Of a stretch of DNA of 64,000 bases, positions 20,541-30,268 are shown one piece after another (position 1 is the stretch's first letter; each line of letters starts with the position of its first letter). Origin of the DNA: a bacterium (GTDB taxonomy: Bacteria; UBA10199; 2-02-FULL-50-16; JAJFLM01); assembly GCA_965216315.1 (NCBI GenBank), contig CBDCFN010000016.1:800001-864000 (forward strand). Direction: 5' to 3'. Position numbers and translations under genes: made by a program. Under the pieces are notes generated by a model. That model saw only the letters and a program-made list of their open reading frames with translations. It ran no database searches and was not told the origin of the DNA.

Positions 20541-21638
20541 GTGAGCGACAATTATAAAATACTTGTATTGCCCGGCGATGGTATCGGTCAGGAAGTAACG
20601 GAGCAGGCGTTGCGCGTACTGCATCATGTCTGTGAGCAGCAGAACCTGCGTCTCGAAGTGGAAACGGATTTAGCGGGTGGCGCTTGTTTGGATGTTCATG
20701 ATGTCCCGCTTCGTCCGGAGACGTTGGAAAAAGCCCGGTCGGTGGATGCCGTATTGTTAGGGGCTGTTGGTGGGCCTCAATGGGATTCGCTTCCGCATGA
20801 GCGCCGCCCTGAGCAGGCGCTGTTAAAGTTACGTTCGGGCTTGGAATTATTTGCCAACCTAAGACCGGTCCGAGTTTTTGCACCGCTTGCGGATAGCTCA
20901 ACGCTGCGACGTGACGTCATTGATGGAGTCGACCTTCTTGTGGTTCGTGAATTGACGGGAGGAATCTATTTTGGCGAACCACGCGGCAGCGAGGGAGAAA
21001 AAGGGTCGCGACGCGCCTATAATACTTTGGGCTATTCGGAAGATGAAATTATTCGTCTTGCCCGTCGTGGGTTTGAAATAGCGCAACTGCGCCGCAAGAA
21101 ATTACATAGCATCGATAAGGCGAACATACTCGAGAGCTCGATTTTGTGGCGCGAAGTTGTCAATGAAATTGCCAAAGATTATCCTGATGTAACGGTTGAG
21201 CATATGTATGTGGACAACTGTGCGATGCAGTTAGTGCGGAATCCAGCTCAATTCGACGTGATTGTGACCAACAATATGTTTGGAGATATATTAAGTGATG
21301 AGGCGGCGATGCTGACAGGGTCCATCGGGATGCTCCCGTCGGCATCGATTGGAGCGCTCTCTAATAGTTCGGGGAAGCCTTTGGGGATGTATGAGCCCGT
21401 CCACGGGTCAGCCCCTGATATTGCCGGACAAGGGTTAGCGAATCCTCTTGCCACTATTATGTCCGTCGCGATGTTGCTTCGGTATTCACTGGGCAATGAA
21501 GCGGGTGCCCGCGCGATCGAGGCGGCGGTTGAAAAAGTGCTGGCGGATGGTTTTCGGACTGCAGATTTGGCAAAATCGGGAGAAACGGGGCTCTCAACGG
21601 TCGAGATTACGGAACGGGTACTGGAGAATCTGTCATGA
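20541..21638 (+). CDS. leuB: 3-isopropylmalate dehydrogenase
   Basis: [43 protein letters not shown] start after AGAAGGA. Confidence 0.97.
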   Translation: MSDNYKILVLPGDGIGQEVTEQALRVLHHVCEQQNLRLEVETDLAGGACLDVHDVPLRPETLEKARSVDAVLLGAVGGPQWDSLPHERRPEQALLKLRSGLELFANLRPVRVFAPLADSSTLRRDVIDGVDLLVVRELTGGIYFGEPRGSEGEKGSRRAYNTLGYSEDEIIRLARRGFEIAQLRRKKLHSIDKANILESSILWREVVNEIAKDYPDVTVEHMYVDNCAMQLVRNPAQFDVIVTNNMFGDILSDEAAMLTGSIGMLPSASIGALSNSSGKPLGMYEPVHGSAPDIAGQGLANPLATIMSVAMLLRYSLGNEAGARAIEAAVEKVLADGFRTADLAKSGETGLSTVEITERVLENLS

Positions 21639-22657
21639 AGAAAGAGAAGTATAACGTTGCTGTCGTTGGGGCGACCGGCGCGGTGGGTCGTGAAATGTTG
21701 GCTGTCCTCCAAGAGCGGAAATTTCCGGTAGCTGAGTTGCGCCCGCTGGCCTCGGAGCGGAGCGTGGGGACCGAGTTATCTTTTCAGGGCCAAGATGTTC
21801 CGGTGCAGGTGCTGGATGAGCGATCATTCCAAGGGATCGATATCGCGCTTTTTTCCGCCGGCGGTTCGATCAGTCAGGAATTTGCACCCATTGCGGCGAA
21901 AGCGGGAGCGGTGGCCATCGATAATACGAGTGCCTTCCGGCTGGATCCTGAGGTGCCTTTGGTCGTGCCTGAGGTTAATCCGGAGGCCATTGCCGATTAT
22001 GGAACTAAAGGGATTATCGCTAACCCTAATTGTTCGACGATCCAGATGGTTGTGATGTTAAAGCCTATTCAAGACGCCGTGGGTCTAAGGCGAGTCGTTG
22101 TCTCTACTTATCAGTCAACCTCCGGTGGTGGGCAAAAAGCCGTTGATGAGCTTTCCAAACAGGTTCGAGCCCTTTTTAATCAAGAATCGATCGAGTCGGA
22201 AGTGTTTCCGCACACGATCGCATTTAACTGTATTCCACATATCGATGTCTTTATGGAGTCAGGTTATACCAAAGAAGAGATGAAGATGATTTTGGAGACC
22301 CGTAAGATCCTGGCTGATGAGGATCTTCGCATTACGGCGACCTGTGTCCGGGTTCCGGTTTTTCATAGTCATGCCGAGTCGGTCAATATTGAGACGAACA
22401 AGAAATTGTCTGCGGCGGAGGCGCGAGAGTTGCTGTCTCAGGCTCCAGGTGTTATCGTGAGAGACAATACCGCCGAAAATGAGTATCCGTTGGGGTTGGA
22501 TGCCGGTGGTCGCGATGAAGTCTTTGTTGGGCGTATTCGTGAAGATGAGTCCATTGATAACGGCCTTAATGTGTGGGTGGTCGCAGATAATCTGCGCAAG
22601 GGAGCGGCCCTGAATGCAGTACAAATCGCTGAAGTCCTTATTGAAAAATATATTTAG
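21635..22657 (+). CDS. asd: Aspartate-semialdehyde dehydrogenase
   Basis: [30 protein letters not shown]. Confidence 0.97.
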   Translation: MKKEKYNVAVVGATGAVGREMLAVLQERKFPVAELRPLASERSVGTELSFQGQDVPVQVLDERSFQGIDIALFSAGGSISQEFAPIAAKAGAVAIDNTSAFRLDPEVPLVVPEVNPEAIADYGTKGIIANPNCSTIQMVVMLKPIQDAVGLRRVVVSTYQSTSGGGQKAVDELSKQVRALFNQESIESEVFPHTIAFNCIPHIDVFMESGYTKEEMKMILETRKILADEDLRITATCVRVPVFHSHAESVNIETNKKLSAAEARELLSQAPGVIVRDNTAENEYPLGLDAGGRDEVFVGRIREDESIDNGLNVWVVADNLRKGAALNAVQIAEVLIEKYI

Positions 22658-25175
22658 TGCCTTCCCGGTACTTGTAATCGTCGTCGTCGTGTACGGAATG
22701 GTGCACGCTTTTCCGGATACGGAGCGAGCTCCCGCTACATTGACGGAACCCCCGCTTAATATTCTCAGTGACCAGCCTAATGATTTCGTTGTAACTAATG
22801 ATAATCGTTACGTATTTTTTGCCGTCGGTAATCAGATCCTTAAAGTGGATTTGGCGAGTTGGGAGCTGAGTTCCGATCAGATTTCTGCGCTTTCCGGGAC
22901 GGCAGATAATGAAGATGACCCGGATGAAGGGGGGAATATCAAGGGTATCGCCATTTTGGGTAATGAATTGTTTGCCAGTCAGGATGATGGCGACCTGTTG
23001 ATTTTTGATCTTGATGATCTTTCGGAAGCACCTACGCTGGTGAAACTTACGGATACGGATCTGGGCCCGATTGTTGCCGACACGGAAGGGTTTCAGGATG
23101 AAGATAAGCTTTATATCGCGGATGTCGGGGGTCATCATATTCTTGTCTATGATCGTTCCGAAAATTCCGTGGAGTTCTTTATTCCTTTGACGAATAACCT
23201 GGGCGATGATGTTGATCCCGTCGACATTGATTTAGCTCTCGTCGAGAACGCGTTGGATAAGCTCTATGTGACGACGAATGAAGGCATTCTTTTTTCAATC
23301 CTTGAAAATAGCGGTACAGCAACGCGTATTGAATCGGCTTCAACGAGCGGGAATGATTTGGTCGCGATCTCCGCAACTCCCGAGGGTGATTTTGTTCTCT
23401 TTGTGGACCAAACCGATTCTTTAATCCATGTCCTCGATACCAGCACGGATACGTCGGTTGTCATTACTGATGTGATTCCCGTAGACCTTCAAGATAGTAA
23501 TGCAAGTCCACGCGACATTGTCGTGACCCGAGTTTCGAATCCAACCGATATCTATGCTTACGTGGCCGGGCCGGAGGGCCTGACCGTGCTTGATCTCGAC
23601 ATCACCGGGGGATCGATGGATGATATTGATATCCTTGATATGGATACAGGAGGGGGTGCGGATGATGATCCGCTCGTCTTAACGAGCGCCCCGAATCGAG
23701 TTTTTACCGCTTCCGAGGAATATATTCTTACCGTCAATGGCAACGCTGAAAACTCCGTAGTGACTGAGAATCCTTTTGTGACGATCACGGACAATTCTCT
23801 CGATGGTGGATTGTTGGTTGAAGGGGGCGATTTTACGCTGACCTTTGAGTCGGATGTCGCGGGGACCTATAGCGTCCGTTTGGGCGGTGGGCTGAACGCC
23901 GATGGCATCGAGTTGGATTCTGGGGATGTTCCAACTGAAAATACGGCGGTGACAACCAATACAATATCCCATACCAGTGACTTTAAAGAAGGCGGGAATG
24001 ACATCTTTGTTTTTGTGACGGATGCATCCGGAAATCGCGGGCGTGATTTAACGGAAGTGACCATCGATAATCCACCGCCCATCGTCGTACTCAACTCAAC
24101 CGGCTTTGGCGATCAACGGGTGTTCATCAACTTTAACCGGCTTGATATAGAGGATATCAGTCATTACAACTTGTACGTCGCGACGGATGCCTCGACGGCC
24201 TTGGGCAAGGCAGAGGTCGATGCCACTGCGGATCAACCCGGTAGTGGCTCCCAAGTGACCGGGACGATTGCCGGGCTGACGAATGGCACGACGTATTTTA
24301 TTGCCGTCGAGGCCGTTGATGAGGGCGGCGCCGTGGGCCCGCGTAACGGCACTTTGGATAACGGCGTGCAGGCATCGGCGATTCCTCAGAAGACGGTCGG
24401 ACTGGTCGGGCGGACCGGGGAGACGGGATGTCAATTACTGCGCATGAGTACAAACCGGACGCAGGGCGTGGCATGGCTCAGTCTGGCGTTTATTATTTTA
24501 CTGCTGGGATCTCTTCGGTGTCGATTGTGGCCCCGACTTTTTAGCCTCCATTTATTCCTTTTGGCGGGCTTGTTTTTTTTTAGCGCCACTGGTTCCGTAG
24601 CCGCGGAAGAAACGAGTCCGCAGTGGTTTTCCTTTGAGATCAAGACAGGTAATTTTATTCCGACGAATGGGACCACTAAGGATGCCCTGTCAAAATGTTG
24701 TAATCTGCGGACGGAGATTGAATTTGGCTTTCTCTATGATTCAAAGTACGGCGTTGAGCTTGGGACCGGCTTTTTGATTGTCAATCGAACGGCGATTGGG
24801 TCGGTGACCAACGTGGGCAGTCAGGACCGTTTCAATTTCATGCTGATTCCGATGCAGCTTAATCTGACCTATCGTGCTGACTATAAGGAAAATCAGCTCC
24901 TGGTTCCGTTTGTGAAAGTAGGGCCGGATGTCGTGTTTTTCCGAGAAAATATCCAGGGGAGCGTGACGAAGGGCCTTAAGTATGGATTGCATGGAACGGC
25001 CGGTTTGCAGATCTTGCTGGAGTTTTGGGGTGAGGGCGAGGCGATGGAGCGCATGGGTGTCAATGACGTCTACTTCATCGTCGAAGGGGAGTATGCGTGG
25101 ATCAATAGTTTTGGCGCCAGTGGTTTGGACCTCTCCGGTTTTACGGTTTCGGGTGGATTATTGTTTGAATTCTAG
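22641..25175 (+). CDS. Large exported protein: beta-propeller-like/Ig/FN3 region, internal GC-TM-Arg anchor, second signal peptide and C-terminal outer-membrane beta-barrel
   Basis: N-terminal signal (TTG 22641; ATG 22614 also possible); acidic beta-rich region; FN3 motif GLTNGTTYFIAVEAVD; TGC...TM...RCR; second hydrophobic segment ending SVAA; terminal beta-signal GLLFEF. Confidence 0.8.
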   Translation: MKNIFSAFPVLVIVVVVYGMVHAFPDTERAPATLTEPPLNILSDQPNDFVVTNDNRYVFFAVGNQILKVDLASWELSSDQISALSGTADNEDDPDEGGNIKGIAILGNELFASQDDGDLLIFDLDDLSEAPTLVKLTDTDLGPIVADTEGFQDEDKLYIADVGGHHILVYDRSENSVEFFIPLTNNLGDDVDPVDIDLALVENALDKLYVTTNEGILFSILENSGTATRIESASTSGNDLVAISATPEGDFVLFVDQTDSLIHVLDTSTDTSVVITDVIPVDLQDSNASPRDIVVTRVSNPTDIYAYVAGPEGLTVLDLDITGGSMDDIDILDMDTGGGADDDPLVLTSAPNRVFTASEEYILTVNGNAENSVVTENPFVTITDNSLDGGLLVEGGDFTLTFESDVAGTYSVRLGGGLNADGIELDSGDVPTENTAVTTNTISHTSDFKEGGNDIFVFVTDASGNRGRDLTEVTIDNPPPIVVLNSTGFGDQRVFINFNRLDIEDISHYNLYVATDASTALGKAEVDATADQPGSGSQVTGTIAGLTNGTTYFIAVEAVDEGGAVGPRNGTLDNGVQASAIPQKTVGLVGRTGETGCQLLRMSTNRTQGVAWLSLAFIILLLGSLRCRLWPRLFSLHLFLLAGLFFFSATGSVAAEETSPQWFSFEIKTGNFIPTNGTTKDALSKCCNLRTEIEFGFLYDSKYGVELGTGFLIVNRTAIGSVTNVGSQDRFNFMLIPMQLNLTYRADYKENQLLVPFVKVGPDVVFFRENIQGSVTKGLKYGLHGTAGLQILLEFWGEGEAMERMGVNDVYFIVEGEYAWINSFGASGLDLSGFTVSGGLLFEF

Positions 25176-25988
25176 ATGAAACAACGTTTTAAGTTAATCC
25201 TGGCCTACGATGGCACGGCCTACGTCGGCTGGCAGCATCAACAGAATGGAATCTCCATTCAAGAAAAGCTCGCTAATGCCCTGCGAAAAATTAATAAATC
25301 CGCGATTCGCCCGATAGGTTCGGGTCGCACCGATGCGGGAGTTCACGCGCTCGCGCAAGTTGCCCACGTGGATCTCGAGTGGCGGCATACTGCGGAGGAG
25401 CTTCGTAAAGCCCTCAATAGCCTGCTTCCGGCAGATATACAGATTCATAATGTTGAGGCGGTCACTAAGGATTTTCATGCGCAGAAGAGTGCCCGTGAGA
25501 AGTGGTATCGTTATGCGATTTATCAGCCGGGTAGGGCGCAGCAAGCGGCGCCCCTACTGTTTGAGCGGGCTTATGCCTGGCAAGTCGACTACCCCCTGAA
25601 GATAGCGGCGATGCGCCAGGCGGCAAGGATTCTCATGGGGCGCCACGACTTTGCGAGTTTTCAGGGTTCCGGGGCGTCGGTCAAGACGACGGTGCGTCAT
25701 TTAAAGCGTATCAAGATAACGCGGGCGAAACGATTGCCTTGGCCACGCCTGACTGTAGGGGCGCCGCTTGCTGCGCCCATGAATGGTGGTCACTGGTTAT
25801 TTTTCGATTTTATTGGTGAAGGTTTCCTCAAACAGATGGTCCGCAATCTCGTCGGAACCCTCGTCGAAGTCGGGCAGGGAAAGTTAAATACAAGTGATGT
25901 GAAACGAATTTTAAAGGCGAAAGATAGAAAAAAGGCGGGGCATTGCGCCCCGCCTCTTGGCCTTTATTTGATGAGAGTCTCTTATTAA
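25176..25988 (+). CDS. truA: tRNA pseudouridine(38-40) synthase
   Basis: AYDGTAYVGWQ, GRTDAGVHA, GFLKQMVRNLVGTL, APPLGLYL. Confidence 0.97.
   Translation: MKQRFKLILAYDGTAYVGWQHQQNGISIQEKLANALRKINKSAIRPIGSGRTDAGVHALAQVAHVDLEWRHTAEELRKALNSLLPADIQIHNVEAVTKDFHAQKSAREKWYRYAIYQPGRAQQAAPLLFERAYAWQVDYPLKIAAMRQAARILMGRHDFASFQGSGASVKTTVRHLKRIKITRAKRLPWPRLTVGAPLAAPMNGGHWLFFDFIGEGFLKQMVRNLVGTLVEVGQGKLNTSDVKRILKAKDRKKAGHCAPPLGLYLMRVSY
25754..25778 (+). repeat. GTAG-type REP palindrome inside truA
   Basis: TGTAGGGGCGCCGCTTGCTGCGCCC; 24/25 identical to 28871-28895. Confidence 0.75.
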
Positions 25989-25990
25989 AT

Positions 25991-28573
25991 TTAAACTCCG
26001 CCTTCGCCTGGATCTTCAGGGATAGGCTCTTCTTCCTCTTCATCGCCGAGGCCACCGTCGCCGGCGAGAGGATCAAAGCCGCCCGAGGTGCCGCCGAGCA
26101 TGTCGCCTTCGATGATATCGCCGTAGTTATCGACCATCTGGCGGATCTTCGTCTTGATCATGTCGAGGTTTTCACTTTCAAAAATGTCGCGGAGATCATC
26201 GATCATCTGTTGTTTTTCATCTGCTGTCAGAGAAGCAAATTCATCTCCATCGACGAGACTAATAATATCTTCAATGCTCGCGGTGGCATCCATGATCTCG
26301 TCGGAGGTATATTCAACGTTGTCCTCGACGTGGATGCCGCTGCCGGCCTCGTTTTGACGCGCTACGTTGGTGCTATCTTTACCCGTTCCGCCATCGAAGG
26401 TTCCCGTGCCGCCGAAGACACCAAAGTCGTCACCGCCGCCACCGATAAGGTGATCGTCTCCCATTTGACCGTTCATGACGTCATCGCCGGAACCACCGTC
26501 GATCACGTCATTGCCGGCGCCGCCCGAGATAAAGTCGTCACCGTCTCCACCGTAAATGTGGCCCGAAGAGGTGATGTGGTCATTACCCTTACCGCCGTAG
26601 ACGTCGTTGTTCATGCCTTCACCGGTCTTGATCAGGTCGTCACCGGTACCACCGACGACGCGGAGGTCCATCGACACTTCTTCGGCGTTGAAATACTGAC
26701 CCGTCAGCAGGCCGGCATTGTTATATTCACCAATAGGTGAGGTCCAGCCATCGGCCAGATTAATGGTTCCGCGAGGGTTGCCGCCGCTCAGCCAGTTGGC
26801 TACGCCGTCTTTCAAGACGATCTTTTTGACGGTCTTCGTCGTACTGTCTTTCAGGTAGAAGACGATGTCGCCGCCTTCTTCCTTCATCTCGATAAACTTG
26901 ATCAGGACGCCTTCGTAGTCCGCCGGGAAGTTGATGTCGAACTGGGACGAGCCCGGCTTCAATTGATAGGTCTCGACGACATATTGCGAATCGCCTTCAT
27001 AATCCAGGTAAGGGTCTTCGGTCTGTTCGAGCACGGAACTCGGAATCACGTTGCCGTCCGCGTCCGTGAAAGTATCATGGATGATCCAGACGTTGTCGAT
27101 GCCGGTCGGTTCCGGTTCGGTCTCTTCTGCCGGGGCCTCTTCTTCGGGCGCTTCTTCCCAGAGCGCGCCCGGTTCGACGTCTTCAGACTCATCGGCAGTC
27201 GAATTGATCGGCACGTTGACACCACCCTTGTCCACGAAGATACCGGAAACCCACTTGTGCTCACCGCCGACCGCTTGGGTCCGTCCGTTGCGCACGTCGA
27301 TGGAGAGACCCTTCATGACGACAGAGTTGGCATTCCCTGCAATGAAGATCAGACGCAGGGCGCCGTCTTTTATAATAAGTTTCTTTTTGACTTCGCCGTT
27401 GTCGGAGTAAACGACCAGATCATTCCCGTCCTGCACGATGAGAATGTCGCCGCCGTCGGCGTTAATGGAAACCGGGGGATATTCGGTTTCGCTTCCGTTT
27501 AAATTGGCTTCGATCGTCTCCTCGACGTCATTGACCTGGTTTTCGAGACGTTCGGCGATCTCGGATTGCGTTTCATCCGTGCCATCGCCGGCTGCCTGCG
27601 TGCCCATGTTGCCGTTGGTTTCATTAACCTCTTCATTGTCGTTTTCAGCACTGCCGTCAGCAACGGCATCGGCTTCGCTGTTAATCGTCTGGGCGCCCAT
27701 GCCGTTGACACTCTCCGTGCCGGCTTCGCCGCCCTCGTCGGTAGAACCGAGATCGACTTCGATGGCATCGTCACCAGGCGTCGGGCCGGTCGGGGTCGGA
27801 ATGCCACCGTCCGTGCCGCCGGTCGAAGAAGAATCACTGCCAGAACCCGGAACCGAACTCGGGAAATTGTCGCTGCCAAAAGGGTCGCCACCGCTGCCAC
27901 CGGCTCCGCCCATGGATTTGGTGCTAAAAGGACGCTCGATGCTCAGTTCATCAAAAATATCGGCGATTTCGACGTGAAATTTGTCATAGTCGGAAATACC
28001 ATTGCCGGCCGTGTCATACTTGGTGCCATCGGATGCTAAGCCATTGACGCTGGCCATGTGCTCGGCGAAATCGGTGAGGCCATCGCCATCGGTATCGATG
28101 TTGTAAATGTCGGTGCCCCGAATCTTTTCCTGCTCATCCGTGAGTCCGTCACCGTCCTTATCCATGTCGTTACCGTAGGCGGTGGCCATATCATATTGGA
28201 AGGCGACGCTGTCGTGGTCGCGCTTCATCTTGGCAATAATCTTGGTGCCGTTGATCAGGGCCTCGCGGATGAGCGCCTTTTGCTCGCTACCGACGCCTTC
28301 CATGTTCAAGAAGGCCTCCAGTTCGGCGAGGATGCGCTCGGCCTCGGCGATTTTAATCTGCTTGTCGGCGAGATCGCCCTCGAGTTGGCTTAAGAATTCA
28401 TCATAAGAAGGAATGGCCGAACCGTCAGCCCCGGCTCCCGCTCCGCCGGCATAGTCCTCGGCTGCAGGGTTTTCGACCTCTTCGGACATCGTCTGGGCCT
28501 GGTTGATCAGGCTTTGGATTTCCTCGGTCGCTTGGGCGTTCTGAGTGCCTATGTTTGAATTGATTCTCATCAT
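25991..28573 (-). CDS. Large acidic Ca-binding protein (DxDGDGLTD repeats, RTX GGxGxD nonapeptides) with flagellin-like N-terminus
   Basis: MRINSN start; coiled-coil region; DKDGDGLTD and DTDGDGLTD; many GGxGxD repeats; no Sec signal peptide. Confidence 0.85.
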   Translation of the reverse strand: MMRINSNIGTQNAQATEEIQSLINQAQTMSEEVENPAAEDYAGGAGAGADGSAIPSYDEFLSQLEGDLADKQIKIAEAERILAELEAFLNMEGVGSEQKALIREALINGTKIIAKMKRDHDSVAFQYDMATAYGNDMDKDGDGLTDEQEKIRGTDIYNIDTDGDGLTDFAEHMASVNGLASDGTKYDTAGNGISDYDKFHVEIADIFDELSIERPFSTKSMGGAGGSGGDPFGSDNFPSSVPGSGSDSSSTGGTDGGIPTPTGPTPGDDAIEVDLGSTDEGGEAGTESVNGMGAQTINSEADAVADGSAENDNEEVNETNGNMGTQAAGDGTDETQSEIAERLENQVNDVEETIEANLNGSETEYPPVSINADGGDILIVQDGNDLVVYSDNGEVKKKLIIKDGALRLIFIAGNANSVVMKGLSIDVRNGRTQAVGGEHKWVSGIFVDKGGVNVPINSTADESEDVEPGALWEEAPEEEAPAEETEPEPTGIDNVWIIHDTFTDADGNVIPSSVLEQTEDPYLDYEGDSQYVVETYQLKPGSSQFDINFPADYEGVLIKFIEMKEEGGDIVFYLKDSTTKTVKKIVLKDGVANWLSGGNPRGTINLADGWTSPIGEYNNAGLLTGQYFNAEEVSMDLRVVGGTGDDLIKTGEGMNNDVYGGKGNDHITSSGHIYGGDGDDFISGGAGNDVIDGGSGDDVMNGQMGDDHLIGGGGDDFGVFGGTGTFDGGTGKDSTNVARQNEAGSGIHVEDNVEYTSDEIMDATASIEDIISLVDGDEFASLTADEKQQMIDDLRDIFESENLDMIKTKIRQMVDNYGDIIEGDMLGGTSGGFDPLAGDGGLGDEEEEEPIPEDPGEGGV

Positions 28574-28611
28574 ATTAATTGGCCTTTGCTAACTCTCTCA
28601 CCAGCTAATAA

Positions 28612-28627
28612 TGCAACTGCCGTGCCA
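28612..28627 (-). promoter_or_regulatory. Sigma54 (-24/-12) promoter
   Basis: TGGCACGGCAGTTGCA matches TGGCAC-N5-TTGCA exactly, 38 nt upstream of the ATG; IHF-like TTCCAATACGTTA at 28666-28678 in an AT-rich tract. Confidence 0.85.
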
Positions 28628-28822
28628 GCACGCCTCAATAGGGGCTTCATGGCGGGAACGGCCTTTAACGTATTGGAATTACTAATATAATCCATAAAAC
28701 TTAATCGAGGCCTTAAACCGGCTTGGACAGGACTGTCAGGGAAATTTGAGGTCTTCAGGCCCCATTTGGGCGGCTGTCGCCCCCACCTGGGGTCTCCAAA
28801 CAGGGTATAGGACTCCAGATAG

Positions 28823-28851
28823 TTATCGGATCAGGAGGGGGATTGAGTTGC
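28823..28851 (-). promoter_or_regulatory. Putative FliA/sigma28-like promoter upstream of the RTX-like gene
   Basis: GCAACT-N15-TCCGATAA on minus strand. Confidence 0.4.
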
Positions 28852-28870
28852 TCCGTGCTTTGTCGAATGT

Positions 28871-28895
28871 TGTAGGGGCGCCGCTGGCTGCGCCC
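28871..28895 (+). repeat. GTAG-type REP palindrome downstream of ahcY
   Basis: TGTAGGGGCGCCGCTGGCTGCGCCC; GTAG followed by a GGGCG...CGCCC hairpin. Confidence 0.75.
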
Positions 28896-28905
28896 GGATC
28901 CATTC

Positions 28906-30255
28906 CTAATACCTATAATGAGGCGGCTTAAACGGCCCGTCTTGGTCGAGACCCAGGTATTTCGACTGTTTGTCGCTCAGCCGGGTCAGTTTGACGCCTA
29001 GTTGGTCTAAATGGAGGCGTGCGACCTTTTCATCCAGTTCCTTGGAGAGGAAATAGACCCCAATCTCCTTATAGTGCTCCGGATGCTGGAAGAGGTCGAT
29101 TTGGGCAATAACCTGGTTGGTAAAGGAATTGGACATGACAAAAGAGGGGTGCCCGGTGGCACAGCCGAGGTTGACGAGTCGACCCTCAGCCAGCACGATG
29201 ATCTTGCGGCCATTCTTGAGCGTGTGCTGGTCGACCTGAGGCTTGACCGCTTCCTTGGCCGAGTTGGCGTTCAGCCAGGCCATGTCGATTTCGATGTCAA
29301 AATGACCGATATTGCAGACGATGGCGCCATCCTTCATTTGCTCAAAGTGACGGTCCACGATGATGTCGCAACAGCCCGTCGTCGTGACAAAAATATCGCC
29401 CATCGCGGCGGCATCATCCATCGTGACGACCTCATAGCCTTCCATCGCGGCTTGCAGGGCACAGATCGGGTCTATCTCGGTAATAAGAACGCGGGCCCCG
29501 TAAGAGCGCATCGAGTGGGCGCAACCTTTGCCGACATCACCATAGCCGGCGACGACAACGACCTTGCCGGCGATCATGACATCCGTGGCGCGTTTGATGC
29601 CGTCCGCCAGTGATTCACGGCAGCCATAGAGATTATCGAATTTGGATTTGGTGACCGAATCATTGACGTTGATGGCGGGGACCTTGAGCTTGCCTTCGCG
29701 GTGGAGCCGTTCCAAGTTGTGAACGCCGGTCGTCGTCTCTTCGGAAAGCCCGATAATTTTTTTCATCTCGTTGGCAAAGCGGTCTTCGTGCATCATATTG
29801 GTGAGATCACCACCATCATCCAGGATAAGATTGAAGCCGTCAGCTCCCCAGCCGGTAATCGTTTGCTCAATGCACCAATTGAATTCCTCTTCCGTTTCGT
29901 CTTTCCAGGCAAAGACCGGAATGCCGGCAGCGGCGATGGCAACGGCGGCATGATCCTGCGTGGAAAAAATATTGCAGGAAGACCAACGTATTTCCGCACC
30001 GAGGTGAATGAGGGTTTCAATCAATACGGCGGTTTGTATCGTCATGTGCAGGCAGCCGGCGATGCGAGCGCCCTTGAGTGGTTGGCTAGCGCCAAACTCC
30101 TTGCGCAGCGCCATGAGTCCCGGCATTTCACCTTCGGCAATTTCGATTTCCTTGCGTCCCCAGCGCGCGAGTTCCTCGAACACCTTGGGGTCCTCCATGG
30201 CGGCTTTGCATACGCGGTAGTCTTTTTCGGTGCTCATGTCTTTGGCTGTTTGCAT
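28906..30255 (-). CDS. ahcY: Adenosylhomocysteinase
   Basis: [53 protein letters not shown] before ATG 30255. Confidence 0.98.
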   Translation of the reverse strand: MQTAKDMSTEKDYRVCKAAMEDPKVFEELARWGRKEIEIAEGEMPGLMALRKEFGASQPLKGARIAGCLHMTIQTAVLIETLIHLGAEIRWSSCNIFSTQDHAAVAIAAAGIPVFAWKDETEEEFNWCIEQTITGWGADGFNLILDDGGDLTNMMHEDRFANEMKKIIGLSEETTTGVHNLERLHREGKLKVPAINVNDSVTKSKFDNLYGCRESLADGIKRATDVMIAGKVVVVAGYGDVGKGCAHSMRSYGARVLITEIDPICALQAAMEGYEVVTMDDAAAMGDIFVTTTGCCDIIVDRHFEQMKDGAIVCNIGHFDIEIDMAWLNANSAKEAVKPQVDQHTLKNGRKIIVLAEGRLVNLGCATGHPSFVMSNSFTNQVIAQIDLFQHPEHYKEIGVYFLSKELDEKVARLHLDQLGVKLTRLSDKQSKYLGLDQDGPFKPPHYRY

Positions 30256-30268
30256 GGTGATTCGACTC

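Noticed and set aside
25943..28406. Several long plus-strand ORFs opposite the RTX-like gene
   Set aside because: Antisense shadows of a codon-biased gene; no motifs
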